From positions 1 through 64,000 of IMG/VR virus record IMGVR_UViG_3300012683_000008: a stretch of DNA of 64,000 nt; one strand, written 5' to 3'. The stretch is from a virus. A program made the position numbers and the translations under genes. The notes beneath the pieces were generated by a model. The model was not told the DNA's origin. It searched no databases and saw only the letters and a list, made by a program, of their open reading frames with translations. Below are positions 37,102 through 47,709 of the stretch, one piece after another. How positions within the stretch are numbered: the stretch's first letter is position 1; the number at the start of each line of letters is the position of its first letter.

Positions 37102-37991
37102 CAGTGAACCTCTTCTTCCTTCTTCTTCTCGTCAGCCCCGCTGCTCGTGTAGTTCCCGCCCGGAGCGAGCTCGTGGATGGATGGAGGAGAGCCCATCGGG
37201 TGCTCCATGCGCCAGCGCTCGAACTGCTGGAGCACGTCCTTGAGAGCCATGTCGGAAGTCGACAGAGCGTTGTGGCACTCGACGACGACTTTGCTGAGAA
37301 GGGCGATGGACTTCACCTTGTCTGGCATCGTTCCGGGCTTGGTGTTGACCTCTTCGATGTTGTGGAAGGAGATCTCCTGCACCCGCTGAATCATCCTCTT
37401 CGACTCGATCGTCTGGTCGAGACGGAGATGGAAGTAGACGAGGGACGGAGGCCCATGAAGAAGGGCCATGTGGCGTTCGTACATCGCCGTGCGACCGTAG
37501 AGGAAGCGGCCCCACTCATCGAACGTCATCAGCTTCACGTTCCAGAAGAAGTGGTAGAACGCCTGGAGACCGTCTGCGGTGAGGAAGATGTTGTACTTCT
37601 TGTTCAGCTTCTGAGCGGTGGTCTTGAGCTCCAGCCGGCCCATCAGTGCCTGCTCTACGAGCAGACGTCGATTCGGGTCCGCCAAGATGTCCCAGGCCTC
37701 TTGAACAGCCTCAGTCGGGTAGAAGAGGTCGTAGACCTTCATGTCCCTCAGGTACCGCATCGAGGGAAGGTGGGTGCGGCTCGCTGGGTCGAACGCCGGT
37801 GGGAGCTCTGCCATCTTCTGGCGCAGGAAGCCCCAGAACGTCGGAGCCGGCTGGAGGAAGCCCCAGTCGTCCAGAGCCTTCGTCAGCATCGCATCCGTGA
37901 TGCCTGGCTCACGGAGCAACAAGTACCGGAGGTAGTGCTCCGCCGGATGCTTGTTGAGGTTGACGATGTGGTTGGTGAAGACCTCGGGCAT
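37101..37991 (-). CDS. Hypothetical protein
   Basis: 296 aa, translationally coupled on both sides. Confidence 0.75.
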   Translation of the reverse strand: MPEVFTNHIVNLNKHPAEHYLRYLLLREPGITDAMLTKALDDWGFLQPAPTFWGFLRQKMAELPPAFDPASRTHLPSMRYLRDMKVYDLFYPTEAVQEAWDILADPNRRLLVEQALMGRLELKTTAQKLNKKYNIFLTADGLQAFYHFFWNVKLMTFDEWGRFLYGRTAMYERHMALLHGPPSLVYFHLRLDQTIESKRMIQRVQEISFHNIEEVNTKPGTMPDKVKSIALLSKVVVECHNALSTSDMALKDVLQQFERWRMEHPMGSPPSIHELAPGGNYTSSGADEKKKEEEVH

Positions 37992-40399
37992 TACGCCTCC
38001 GCGTGCTGAACGGCCTTGAGGGCGACCAGGACCTCTTCGAGGTTCTTCATACCTCTCTCGATGGCCCCTTCTGGAAGCTGCTTCATGCCGAGGTAGCTCG
38101 ACAGAAGCATCTCAGCGAGCTTCTCCGAAGTTGCCTCCAGGTCCGGCATGTACGAGACGAAGATGCCCAGGTTCTCCGGGTTGATGAAGTTGAGGGCCAG
38201 GAGGCTGTCCACCGTGCTCTCATCGTCCAGAGCTGCGGCTTCCTTCGTCAGGTCACGGCGCAGGTTCGGCATCTTCGAGATGAGAGCCGACGCTGTCTTG
38301 GTCGCCTCTGCGTACCTCTCGGCGAGCAGGGTGATGGTCTTCAGACCAGCGAGCTTGACGGTCCCCTTCTTCCGGGCCTCGGCCATCTTCTGCTTGGCCT
38401 TTGGACCTTCGACGCCGAGAACACCGAGCATGAACTCGGTGGTGACGGGATCGAGATCCTGGCGGAAGTCACGGGCCAGCTTGTTGAGACCGCAGCCACC
38501 TTCGAGGTTGAAGGAGCCGTTGAAGAAGAGCGTGACACCGCTCTTCGCAGCAGCGTGCTTCGTGGCCTGGTTCATCGCCACTGGGTCAGAGGCGAGCTGC
38601 GTCTGGCCGTTGAGCCGCATGAACTTCCAGCTCTTGGGCAAGGCGTACTCGACATCGGAAACCCGAGTCGGGCGAGCGATTCCCTCGGCGAGGTGGACCT
38701 GAATCTGGTTGCCGAAGAGATCCTGACCCATGAGGATCTGGTTCCCGTCAGGGCCGGCTGCGGTCGAGCCGATGGTGATCGGGGCGGTGCAGACAGCACC
38801 TCCGCCCTCGGACGAGTAGAAGACTCCGTCGCCACGAGGCTCATCGACCGGGAAGGTCGTGCCCTTGCCGACGAGACGACCGGCGATGGTGTCCTGAACG
38901 GCGTAGGCCGACCCGTTCGTGAAGAGGGCGATGGGCTGCGGAGTGAACTCCCCGTCCCACGACAGCATCTGGGGGAAGACCCAGCCCATGATCTGATTGC
39001 CCATGGCGTCTTGAACGAGCCACTCACCGAACTCGTCGACCGCCTTCTCGTTGGTCGTGTAGAGCGGCTGCTCTTCGGCTGGGTCCGCCACCGCAGTGGC
39101 GACCTGACCTGGCTGCATGGCCATGGCCTGCTCCTGGCCCATCGCCTCGGCAGCCTCGTCTCCAGGCAGAACTTCTCCCTGTGCTGTCTGAGGAGAGAAC
39201 GCACCGGTGTTGGCGGTCTTGAAGAGGAAGTCTCCGCCCGGCAGCTTCTGGATGGTGACGGCCGTGGGCTGAATGCGGTCGGCCAGGTTCTTCATCATCT
39301 CGTTGGTGGTGGCGTACTTCTCCTGGTCCATCACCTGGATGAGGGTCTTGCTGATGCCGCTGCGAGAGAAGCCGGCTCGGAGAGTCGGGTCCGAGGCCAC
39401 CTTGTCGATGAACGATGAGCGATCCTTCTCTCTGATGGTCGGAGCGATGGCAACGAGCAGAGATGCCCTCTTCTCGGACATCGCCAGAACACTGGCAGTC
39501 TTCGCCTTCGCTGAGACGGGCTTCTTCTCTGTCGACTTGGCGATGTCCTTCGCTTTCTGCTCGATCGCCTTCATCTCAGGAGGCTTCGAGTACACCTTCG
39601 GGTGGAAGCCGTAGACCTTGGCGGCGGTCTCGTAGACCTTGTTGGTCACCTCGGGGTGCGAAACGGTGCCGTTCTTCTGGACCGCCTTCATGACGCCGTC
39701 GCTCTTGTAGATGGCGTCCCACTGCGGCTTCGAGATGTGGTTGAAGGCCTCTTTGACCATGGCCTCCTTCTTCTTGGGGTCCTTCATGCAGTCGAGCTCG
39801 GACATCCACGAGTCGACGATCTCCTGGAGGCCACCGTCGCCGTAGTACTTGGTGACCGTCTGCACCATCGCAGCCGTCTTCGTCTTCGCCGACGCCTGCT
39901 TGTACTCACCGCCCTGGCCGATGCCGGAGCGCTGCGGAGGGTTGGTCGCTTCGACGAGGCTCGGGTCCCGAGGAGTCGAGGTCGAGAGATCGAACGTGCC
40001 TGGGTTGAAGAGAATCTCCCGGATCCGCTCCTCCGTCATCGGCATCACCTTCTCGCCGTCGAGGAAGACAGAGAAAGGCTTCACGGCCCGGTCTTCGATC
40101 ACCAGCGGGATGCGGATGTGAGGGAGACCTGCTTCCTGGTGCTCGACCTCCGGCCGCTCGGTCTTGTTCGAGACGTCAGCGTAGCCAAAGGCGAACCCAC
40201 GCTGCGGATCGACCTTCGCCAGGTTCACGTTCACCTCGTAGTCCGAGAGGAACGGGAGCTGCTTGTAGAGCTCGCTGGTGAGCTCCTGCGGCCACATGTC
40301 GATGTTCTCCGACAGGCGGCTTGCGAAACCGGCTTCCTTCCTGAAGGACCGGTCGAGCTCTGGGAGCTGATCGAGGAACAGTGGTTCAGACATGTTCAT
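37991..40399 (-). CDS. Large head-associated protein rich in K-x-A sites
   Basis: 802 aa; KEA, KQA, KTA, KRA, KVA, KHA and KLA sites. Confidence 0.7.
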   Translation of the reverse strand: MNMSEPLFLDQLPELDRSFRKEAGFASRLSENIDMWPQELTSELYKQLPFLSDYEVNVNLAKVDPQRGFAFGYADVSNKTERPEVEHQEAGLPHIRIPLVIEDRAVKPFSVFLDGEKVMPMTEERIREILFNPGTFDLSTSTPRDPSLVEATNPPQRSGIGQGGEYKQASAKTKTAAMVQTVTKYYGDGGLQEIVDSWMSELDCMKDPKKKEAMVKEAFNHISKPQWDAIYKSDGVMKAVQKNGTVSHPEVTNKVYETAAKVYGFHPKVYSKPPEMKAIEQKAKDIAKSTEKKPVSAKAKTASVLAMSEKRASLLVAIAPTIREKDRSSFIDKVASDPTLRAGFSRSGISKTLIQVMDQEKYATTNEMMKNLADRIQPTAVTIQKLPGGDFLFKTANTGAFSPQTAQGEVLPGDEAAEAMGQEQAMAMQPGQVATAVADPAEEQPLYTTNEKAVDEFGEWLVQDAMGNQIMGWVFPQMLSWDGEFTPQPIALFTNGSAYAVQDTIAGRLVGKGTTFPVDEPRGDGVFYSSEGGGAVCTAPITIGSTAAGPDGNQILMGQDLFGNQIQVHLAEGIARPTRVSDVEYALPKSWKFMRLNGQTQLASDPVAMNQATKHAAAKSGVTLFFNGSFNLEGGCGLNKLARDFRQDLDPVTTEFMLGVLGVEGPKAKQKMAEARKKGTVKLAGLKTITLLAERYAEATKTASALISKMPNLRRDLTKEAAALDDESTVDSLLALNFINPENLGIFVSYMPDLEATSEKLAEMLLSSYLGMKQLPEGAIERGMKNLEEVLVALKAVQHAEA

Positions 40400-40402
40400 C
40401 TC

Positions 40403-41470
40403 CTACTTGGCGAACAGGGACGACGAGGTGATGTCAGGGGTCGTTGGGGAAAGGGGAGGGCCGGTTGGAGCTCCAGGCGACGTTGTCGAGTGCATGTGGT
40501 TGTCGAGCCATGTCAGAAGAGGAGGGGCGAGAGCAACTCCCTTGGTCCCACCGCCGGCGTAGAGCTTTGGCTTGCAGTTCACCTGGCCCGAGCCTTCGAT
40601 GTTGACGTCGCCTCCTGATGACTTGATGTCGACACCGTCGCTGCCCTTGATCTCCGCTTTCTTCTTTGAGTCGACGTTGAAGTTGTCTTCCGTCTTGATG
40701 GTGATGGCCTTCTTTACCGTGAGCTTGAACTCCCCGTCGATCACCAGCTCAGCGTCCTTCTTCGTCGTCAGCTTGAGCTTGCCGTCTTTACCAAGACTTA
40801 GCTCGATCTGTTTCTCGGCGCCGCTCTTGCCCTTGTCATTGATGAGAAGGGTGAGAATACGGTCGTCTCCATCACCGTGGGAACCGATAAGAAGCTTGGC
40901 AATTGGCTCCTCGTCGTCTGCGAACTCTCGGGCTGCGATCAAGAGAGAGGCTGGTCTCTTCCCGTCAGTCGTGCTCTCTTCTCGTTCCACTTTCCATTCG
41001 AGGTCACCACCGAGAGTATGGAGACCGTAGTTCTCACAGAAGTCTTTGATGGTGTTGGCGATGGGCAGGAAGATCCTCTGGCACAGAGGCCCAGCCCCTA
41101 TCTGTACGACTCCACCTCTCCGCAGAAACAGAAAGTTCTCGTCACGGGTGCCCATGTAAATGTCACCCGGATTGAGGTCTTTCTTCTTCGCCCTCGCATC
41201 TCCGTCTTCGGACGCTGGCCCCCATGCGAGGATGAAGGGCCGGTTGTGATCTGAGGGCGAACAGATCCAACAGAGGCTGCCCACCTCCGGCATGAAGTAG
41301 ATGCCCTCACCGTTCGAGTAGTGCTGGTACGGCGTGGCGAACTTGATGCCGGTCAGAGGCTTCTTCGAGAACTCGGTGGCAGCAGAGACCGTGTAGGTCG
41401 TGATGTCGACGTCCAGGATGATCCCGGACTCGATCCTGGCTGCAATTACCTCAGACTGAGTCGGAGTCAT
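40403..41470 (-). CDS. Baseplate central spike (gpV/gp5-like)
   Basis: OB-fold MPEVGSLC, beta-helix repeats, C-terminal HxH (NHMH) metal tip and PTGPP. Confidence 0.75.
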   Translation of the reverse strand: MTPTQSEVIAARIESGIILDVDITTYTVSAATEFSKKPLTGIKFATPYQHYSNGEGIYFMPEVGSLCWICSPSDHNRPFILAWGPASEDGDARAKKKDLNPGDIYMGTRDENFLFLRRGGVVQIGAGPLCQRIFLPIANTIKDFCENYGLHTLGGDLEWKVEREESTTDGKRPASLLIAAREFADDEEPIAKLLIGSHGDGDDRILTLLINDKGKSGAEKQIELSLGKDGKLKLTTKKDAELVIDGEFKLTVKKAITIKTEDNFNVDSKKKAEIKGSDGVDIKSSGGDVNIEGSGQVNCKPKLYAGGGTKGVALAPPLLTWLDNHMHSTTSPGAPTGPPLSPTTPDITSSSLFAK

Positions 41471-44400
41471 CAGTACACGTACTTGGCTTTGCTCGGCGGA
41501 GCCTTACCGAACTCGGCCCCATACGCTACACCAGGAATCGGGTGAGTGCCGTGGAGGTCGGACTTCATGTTCGTTGCCACACCCTCCTGAAGGGTCGAAC
41601 GAATCTGCTGGAAGTTGAGCCGGGCCATCCAGTCCTTCGACCGCATGGGCAACTGGTTGACCGACTGGAGCATCGGCCGGTGAACGACCTGCCTGGCACC
41701 CTTTGCCATCTCCCGGTTTCTCTCTTCGACCTTCGAAAGGGCGATGATGTCTCCAGGCGTGTAGTCCGAGTCTCCTGGCTCTACGACCTTGGTGAGGTTC
41801 GTGAGGGCCCTGACCACCGTCTCGATGTTCCTCCGCCGCACGCCCTCTTTCTTGTAGAGGCCATTGTAGAGCTCGTTCGTGAGGTGGTTCTGCACGTTGG
41901 ACATGTCGGTGTACTTCAGGAGGTGCAGAGGGTTGACGTGACCTTCTGAAATCGCATCACCCTTCTTCACCTCGGACCCGATCTGAACCATGAGCGGCAG
42001 CTTCACCGGCACGTAGTGACGCTCGTCACCGATGAAGATGTCGTGACCACCGGCCGCATCCTTCTTGATGTCCGTCACCTTGCCGGTCACCTTCGAGAGG
42101 GTCGCCTCGTTCTTCAACTTCTTTGGCACCTTGAGGAGGTTGTTCAGCTTCTCGAAACGGCTGACCGACATCGCTCCTCTCGTGCTGCCGGCGATGCCGC
42201 CGGAGTGGAATGCGTCCATCGCCATCTGCACAGCCGGTTCACCCATCGACTGGCCAGCGAGGATGCCGACGTTCGTGCCCTCTGAGTGGAGGGTTCCGTT
42301 CTCGTTGAGACCGAAGCACTTGGCGCAGATGCCTTCGCCCTTGTGGCACTTGAGCGGAGAACGAACGACGACCTTGTCGTGCTTCGAGTTCTTCAGCCGG
42401 CTCCAGATCTCTGGAGTGACGAGCGTTCCGGCCTTGATGACCTTGCCGTCTTTCGTCTCGTACGGCTTGGCCAAGAAGCGATCGTGGATGTCCTCGTGTT
42501 CGAGCGGCATCAGAACGCCGTGGGTAGTACCGCAGTCCTCAGACGTGATGAGGTAGTTCATCGTCGAGTTGAGGATCTCCTTCGACATCGCTCCAGGCTC
42601 GCTGGTGCCCTGAGCACGCTGGAGGGTTCCCTTGCGAGCGCCGTGCTGTGCCAGCCAGTAGTCGCCGATGTCCAGACCTTCGGAGTAGCTCCTGGTCACA
42701 GGCGTTGGGATGGTCCGGTTGGTCGCATCCTGCATCAACATCGGAGCAGCGATCATCTGTCGGAGCTGCTCTGGCTTTCCACGAGCCCCGGAGTAGACCA
42801 TCGTGGCAAGACGGTTCGACGTACCAGCGAGCTGGTGCCGAGCTGAGGCATCGAGCTCTTCGGTCGCCTTCGAGTAGATACTGACGAGCTTCGCATCGAG
42901 CTCGTCCTTGCCCTTGACGGTCTTCTTGGCCTGATCCGCTTCCTTGTGGGCGACGGCCAGGATGCGGTCTCGACCTTCTAGGGGCTTCAGGTCCTTCAAG
43001 CCGATGGAGAACGCCGTCTGGTAGGAGTGCTCGTTGCCGAGATCCTTCAGGGCGTCGATGGCCTGAGCGAAGTGCTCTGAATGGTTCTTGGCGAGATCCG
43101 TCGCCATGTGGCTCATCGTCTTCTTGTTGATCTCGTAGCTCGGATCGTGAAGAACACCCTCACGCATATGCATGGTCTTCGGCAGCCACGCAGCGATGCG
43201 CATGCGGCCGAGAGTGGTGTCCTTGCCGTTGAGCTTGATGATGTCCGTGTGCTCGATCTCGTGCTTGTCAGCAGCACGGTCGACTCCGGCACCGTCAGTG
43301 AAGCTCTTGGTCGTCTTCTTGCCCCACTTCGACATCAGGTGGAGACCGAGCATTGCTTCCTGGCTCGGCGTGTACATGACGCTGCCCGTGGTCGGGGAGA
43401 AGAGGTTCCTCGACGGGAACATCTTCTTGGCCTCGTCCACTGCCTCACGAGACAGAGGCACAGTACCGGCCATAGTGTCACCGTCGAAGTCGGCGTTGAA
43501 ACCACCGGTGACGAGCGGGTGAATCTGAATGGCCTTGCCTTCGATGAGCTTCGGCTGGAACGCCATCACCGAGAACTTGTGGAGTGCAGGGTCACGCTTC
43601 AGGAGGATGGGGCGGTCCTTCACCACCTCTTCGAGTGCCTTGAAGGCGAAGTCGGTCCCGTCCTTCATCTCCTTGCGAGCGACGAGAGGATCCATGCCCC
43701 AGCGTCCGAGCTGGGCGACCACGAAGGGCTTGTAGAGCTCCATCGCTGCGTTCTTCGGCAGGCCGACCTGATCGATGTGCAGGTTCGGCTCGGGGATGAT
43801 GGTGGAACGGATCGAGAGGTTCTGCCGCCTCTTGACGAGCTTCGACTGGAAGTAGGCGTCCTTTGGCTGGTCGCCTTCTCCAGAGCCACCGAGAGTCTCC
43901 AGGATGCCCTTGAGCTTCCTCCGACCGCTCGACTCGTCGTAGACGGGTCGGTAGTCGCCGACTGCCTGGAGTGCTTTGTAGGCGTCCCAGAGAGCTGACT
44001 GGAGCGGCTTCCGATCGCTCTCCGTGAAGACCGCTGGGTCCCAGTCCTTGAGAGCCTGGTTGACGATGGCGAAGTTCTTGTAGTGCTGAACGATGGGCGG
44101 AGTGTTCACGTCCCCACGGTCTGTCGGCGTCATCGGCCGGAAGACCGGCGGGATGATCGGCAGGTAGTGGGTCATGTACGCCTCAGCGGGCGACATGCCG
44201 TTCTCTTTCAGAGCGGTGAGGAACTTCACCTTCTTGTGGAGACGATCGAGCTGAGCTCCCTTCACCGTCTTGAGCCGCTCCTTGGCCCCACGAAGTTCGG
44301 CATCGACGTCAAGCTTCTGCAATGCGGACTTGATGGCCGCACCACCGGTCTTGCCGTTGAGGTCCTGCTTGCCGGCCATGATGGCGTCGATGTCTTCGAG

Positions 44401-47400
44401 CTTCAGGTGCAGCAAGGTCGGAACCGGACCTGGTCGGTTGCCGGCGCCCACGAAGATGGGAGACGGCATCGGCTCCGCCATGCGGATGAAGGACCACTTC
44501 TCGCCCTCGATCCCGCCCGTGGCGTGAGGGTCGTAGAGACCACCCTTCTCTTCCTTCAGGTCCTTCGCACGGAGGGTGTACTTGCCCTTGGTGATTTCGT
44601 TCTTGCCGTTGTTGGCGAGACGAAGAGTGTCCTTGTCCGTGAGAGGCAAGAGACGGATCTCCGTCCCCTCCTTCTGCACGTTGATGCCTGAGCCTTTGAG
44701 CAGCGCCTCGAACTTCTTGTACGAGAACGGGACCTGAGGAGGAGGCGGCTCGAACCCCTGCTGGATGCGGACCCAGAAAGAGTCGTCCTGCTTGTCGGAC
44801 TTGTACGTCGCCATCTCTCGAACGTTGTGCCGAGCTCCGTGTCCCAGCATCGAGTAGAGCTCAAGCTGGCCGAAGCCCTGCCCACCGTGGGCACCGCCCT
44901 TCACCGGCTGACGATCGAGGCTGTAGGTCAACGGCTTGTTGTCGAGTGTCGTGCCACCGCCACGAACGCTGAGCTTCTTCTCGACCTGGTGACGCAGCTT
45001 CAACAGGTACTGCGGCCCGACCAGGACCGAGCCCATCACCCTCGACGGGTCCTTCGGGTCGAAGACGTGCTCTTCATCGTTGATGCCGTGGTGCTTGAGC
45101 TCATCAACAACCTGAGAACGGTAGTCGTGGTTCGGTCCTGAGAAGTTGTTGACGACATACGGCTTGCCCGTCTTCTCGGCGATCTTTCCGGCGGCGGTCT
45201 CCAGAAGTTGTCCGACGTTGATGCGTGTAGGAACTCCTGAAGGGTTGAGAAGAACTTCGAGGGGCTTGTGCTCACCTTTGGGATCCTTCGTGAACGGCAT
45301 CTCGTGATCGGGAATGATCTGCGTGATGATGCCCTTGTTTCCGTGACGACCAGAGAGCTTGTCTCCGACCACCATCTGCTCTTCGGTCCTGACGTAGACC
45401 TTCACGCCCTTGCCGTTCGGCTGATGAACGACTCGAACCACCTCGCCCATGTGGTCCTCGTCCCAGACGAGGCTCTTGTCCTTGTAGGCGAAGAACTTGT
45501 TGTAGCGAGAGCCGAGGGCCGCCAAGGCGCTGCCGCCCTTGGTGTTGGTGTTCTTGGACAGGGCAGTGATCAGCACTGAACCAGGCTTCACCTTCGTGCC
45601 GACCTTGATGACACCGTGCTCGTCGAGAGAGTCGAACTCCTCTTTCGTCATCTCCGTCGCCCGACGGGAGGCGAAGGCGTGCCAGGACTTCTTGTTGACC
45701 GTATCGTTGTCCGGATCGATCTCCAGGTTCTTCCGGTACAGGTGCTCGGAGGTCAGCTTCTTGGCTGCCGTCTCTGAGATGACGATGCCGTCTTCGAAGT
45801 TGTAGCCCTTGTACGGCATGTACCCGACCCGGAGGTTCGTTCCGATCGCGAGCTGGCCGTCTCTGGTGAAGTTCGTATCGGCCAGGAGCTGGCCTTGCTT
45901 CACCGAGTCTCCGACCTTCACCTGGGGAGTCGAGTGCATCATCCCCTTGTCGTCGTTGAGCGGGAAGTGGTTGTAGAGGTGGACTTCGTGCTTGCTCTTC
46001 CCCTCGCCGATGACGATGAAGTTCGGGGTCACGCTGGTGACCTTGCCGGAGACTGGAGAGTTGATGGAGCTGAACGAGCCGATGACCTTCTCGAAGGTGC
46101 TGGCTCCTTCCGTCTTTGATTGCACCAGTGGCGCCTCACGATGCTTCAGTGAGATGGCCTGCTCCATCTGCTTGTCGGCCATCGACACACGGTTTCCTTG
46201 GTCGGTTGGTAGGAAGGGAATGAGGTTCGAGGTGTAGTCGAAGAGACCCTTGGCCGAGGGAAGGACGTACGTCGCCTCCTTGAACGGCCGGGTCTCGATG
46301 GCCCCGCCTGGAAGCTTCATCTTAACGTTGGCGGAGATGGGTACTGGCTTGCCCTTCTCCCACTTCACCTGGTCAGGAAGCACAGCAGACGCCTGGTGAA
46401 ACGCTGGCACCCCCACGTACTCGATCTTGCCGGAGGCGATGGAGAAGGCGGGTGTCTCCAGCTCCTTGCCGTTCTTCCGAACGTTGGCTGCCAGGTAGAG
46501 CGTGATGCCTGTGCGCTCTGACTCCGGGGTGTGCATCGGGTCGAGGAACCCGAAGTGGCTCGGGTTGATGACCTGCATCTGCTCGGTGATGGCGTTCTTG
46601 TTCTTGATACCGCCGAGGTCAGAGAAGAGCGTCGTCTTCCGGTGACCCGCCATCATCTGGAGCGGGTTGGTCTGGTCGTACCGCTCGATGATCTTGGTGC
46701 CGCCGCTGAGGAAGAAGGCGTTGATGGGCTTCTTGAACAGGTCAGGAGAGACGATCTCCGTGATGGTCTTCTTGTGGTCGACCGTCTGACGCAGCTTCAC
46801 CTTGATGTTCTTGGCGTTCCTCGCCAGCATCTCGGGAACGAAGTCCTCGACAGAGACGACCTCCTTGAAGGCGAGGCTGTCACGGTCATCCGGCTCCTGG
46901 GTGCCACGAGAGACGCCCAGAATCTTGTTGGCTGCCAACTTGAGCACTTCGCCGTTCACCTGAGTGAAGGGCTTGCCCAGCGTCACCTTCGTGGTGTCAG
47001 GAAGCAGGGCCGTGCTGTCGAAGAAGTGGTGAACGTAGGCGTGGTGACCGGCGTCGTCCTTCGGTACCTCAGCGTCCTCTTCGTTCGTCCTCTTGAAGAA
47101 GTCCTGAAGAGCCTTCTCGTTCTTCTTGTCGAACTTGTTGGAGTGGAAGATCTCCGCTCCCCACTGGTGCTCCAGCTCGTCGTCCGAGACGCCCATCGAC
47201 TTCATGATGGGGTAGAGCGGAATGTGAGCTGAGCCGTACTTGAACGAGAACTTCTTCGTGCGAGGGTTCAGGTGGATGGAGAAGTTGCTGCCCAGCTTGC
47301 GAGCCAAGTTGAACTCAGATTCGAGCTCGCCGTTCTCCTGCACTCGGGCGTAGACGCCTGACTTGAGGCGGAAGAGGTGGTCGACCTGGTACTCGTTGCC

Positions 47401-47709
47401 GCTGACGATGAAGCCGTAGCGGCTGGTGAGCTTCGGAATGGTGGCCAGTGTGGCCTTCTTCTTGTCGATGACCTGCCCTGTCGTCTTGTCGATGAGAGAC
47501 AGGTTGGCGACGACCGGCACGCCCCAGGTGCGCTCGTTGTCCTTGGCGTCGGCCTGGGACTTGATGTCACCGATGTCGAGCTTGTCGTCGACTCCGATGC
47601 TGTCGAGAACGATCTTCTGTCGCTTGCCCTCGAACGGGAAGTACGCACCGATGGAGCTGACGACGTTCTTCTTCAGCGTCTCGAAGCTTGCTTCTGGGGT
47701 GATGTCCAC
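41470..47709 (-). CDS. rpoBC: Fused beta-beta' multisubunit DNA-directed RNA polymerase
   Basis: beta motifs GYNFEDG, GDKLSGRHGNKG, NPSGVPTR.N.GQ, GGQGFG; beta' motifs RDPALH, NADFDGD, GARKG, RSPLKC..CAKCFG, GEPAVQMAMDAFHSGG. Confidence 0.97.
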   Translation of the reverse strand: MDITPEASFETLKKNVVSSIGAYFPFEGKRQKIVLDSIGVDDKLDIGDIKSQADAKDNERTWGVPVVANLSLIDKTTGQVIDKKKATLATIPKLTSRYGFIVSGNEYQVDHLFRLKSGVYARVQENGELESEFNLARKLGSNFSIHLNPRTKKFSFKYGSAHIPLYPIMKSMGVSDDELEHQWGAEIFHSNKFDKKNEKALQDFFKRTNEEDAEVPKDDAGHHAYVHHFFDSTALLPDTTKVTLGKPFTQVNGEVLKLAANKILGVSRGTQEPDDRDSLAFKEVVSVEDFVPEMLARNAKNIKVKLRQTVDHKKTITEIVSPDLFKKPINAFFLSGGTKIIERYDQTNPLQMMAGHRKTTLFSDLGGIKNKNAITEQMQVINPSHFGFLDPMHTPESERTGITLYLAANVRKNGKELETPAFSIASGKIEYVGVPAFHQASAVLPDQVKWEKGKPVPISANVKMKLPGGAIETRPFKEATYVLPSAKGLFDYTSNLIPFLPTDQGNRVSMADKQMEQAISLKHREAPLVQSKTEGASTFEKVIGSFSSINSPVSGKVTSVTPNFIVIGEGKSKHEVHLYNHFPLNDDKGMMHSTPQVKVGDSVKQGQLLADTNFTRDGQLAIGTNLRVGYMPYKGYNFEDGIVISETAAKKLTSEHLYRKNLEIDPDNDTVNKKSWHAFASRRATEMTKEEFDSLDEHGVIKVGTKVKPGSVLITALSKNTNTKGGSALAALGSRYNKFFAYKDKSLVWDEDHMGEVVRVVHQPNGKGVKVYVRTEEQMVVGDKLSGRHGNKGIITQIIPDHEMPFTKDPKGEHKPLEVLLNPSGVPTRINVGQLLETAAGKIAEKTGKPYVVNNFSGPNHDYRSQVVDELKHHGINDEEHVFDPKDPSRVMGSVLVGPQYLLKLRHQVEKKLSVRGGGTTLDNKPLTYSLDRQPVKGGAHGGQGFGQLELYSMLGHGARHNVREMATYKSDKQDDSFWVRIQQGFEPPPPQVPFSYKKFEALLKGSGINVQKEGTEIRLLPLTDKDTLRLANNGKNEITKGKYTLRAKDLKEEKGGLYDPHATGGIEGEKWSFIRMAEPMPSPIFVGAGNRPGPVPTLLHLKLEDIDAIMAGKQDLNGKTGGAAIKSALQKLDVDAELRGAKERLKTVKGAQLDRLHKKVKFLTALKENGMSPAEAYMTHYLPIIPPVFRPMTPTDRGDVNTPPIVQHYKNFAIVNQALKDWDPAVFTESDRKPLQSALWDAYKALQAVGDYRPVYDESSGRRKLKGILETLGGSGEGDQPKDAYFQSKLVKRRQNLSIRSTIIPEPNLHIDQVGLPKNAAMELYKPFVVAQLGRWGMDPLVARKEMKDGTDFAFKALEEVVKDRPILLKRDPALHKFSVMAFQPKLIEGKAIQIHPLVTGGFNADFDGDTMAGTVPLSREAVDEAKKMFPSRNLFSPTTGSVMYTPSQEAMLGLHLMSKWGKKTTKSFTDGAGVDRAADKHEIEHTDIIKLNGKDTTLGRMRIAAWLPKTMHMREGVLHDPSYEINKKTMSHMATDLAKNHSEHFAQAIDALKDLGNEHSYQTAFSIGLKDLKPLEGRDRILAVAHKEADQAKKTVKGKDELDAKLVSIYSKATEELDASARHQLAGTSNRLATMVYSGARGKPEQLRQMIAAPMLMQDATNRTIPTPVTRSYSEGLDIGDYWLAQHGARKGTLQRAQGTSEPGAMSKEILNSTMNYLITSEDCGTTHGVLMPLEHEDIHDRFLAKPYETKDGKVIKAGTLVTPEIWSRLKNSKHDKVVVRSPLKCHKGEGICAKCFGLNENGTLHSEGTNVGILAGQSMGEPAVQMAMDAFHSGGIAGSTRGAMSVSRFEKLNNLLKVPKKLKNEATLSKVTGKVTDIKKDAAGGHDIFIGDERHYVPVKLPLMVQIGSEVKKGDAISEGHVNPLHLLKYTDMSNVQNHLTNELYNGLYKKEGVRRRNIETVVRALTNLTKVVEPGDSDYTPGDIIALSKVEERNREMAKGARQVVHRPMLQSVNQLPMRSKDWMARLNFQQIRSTLQEGVATNMKSDLHGTHPIPGVAYGAEFGKAPPSKAKYVY

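Noticed and set aside
41470-47709. Bacterial chromosomal rpoB-rpoC locus
   Set aside because: Too short and divergent, flanked by phage structural genes, no ribosomal protein genes nearby
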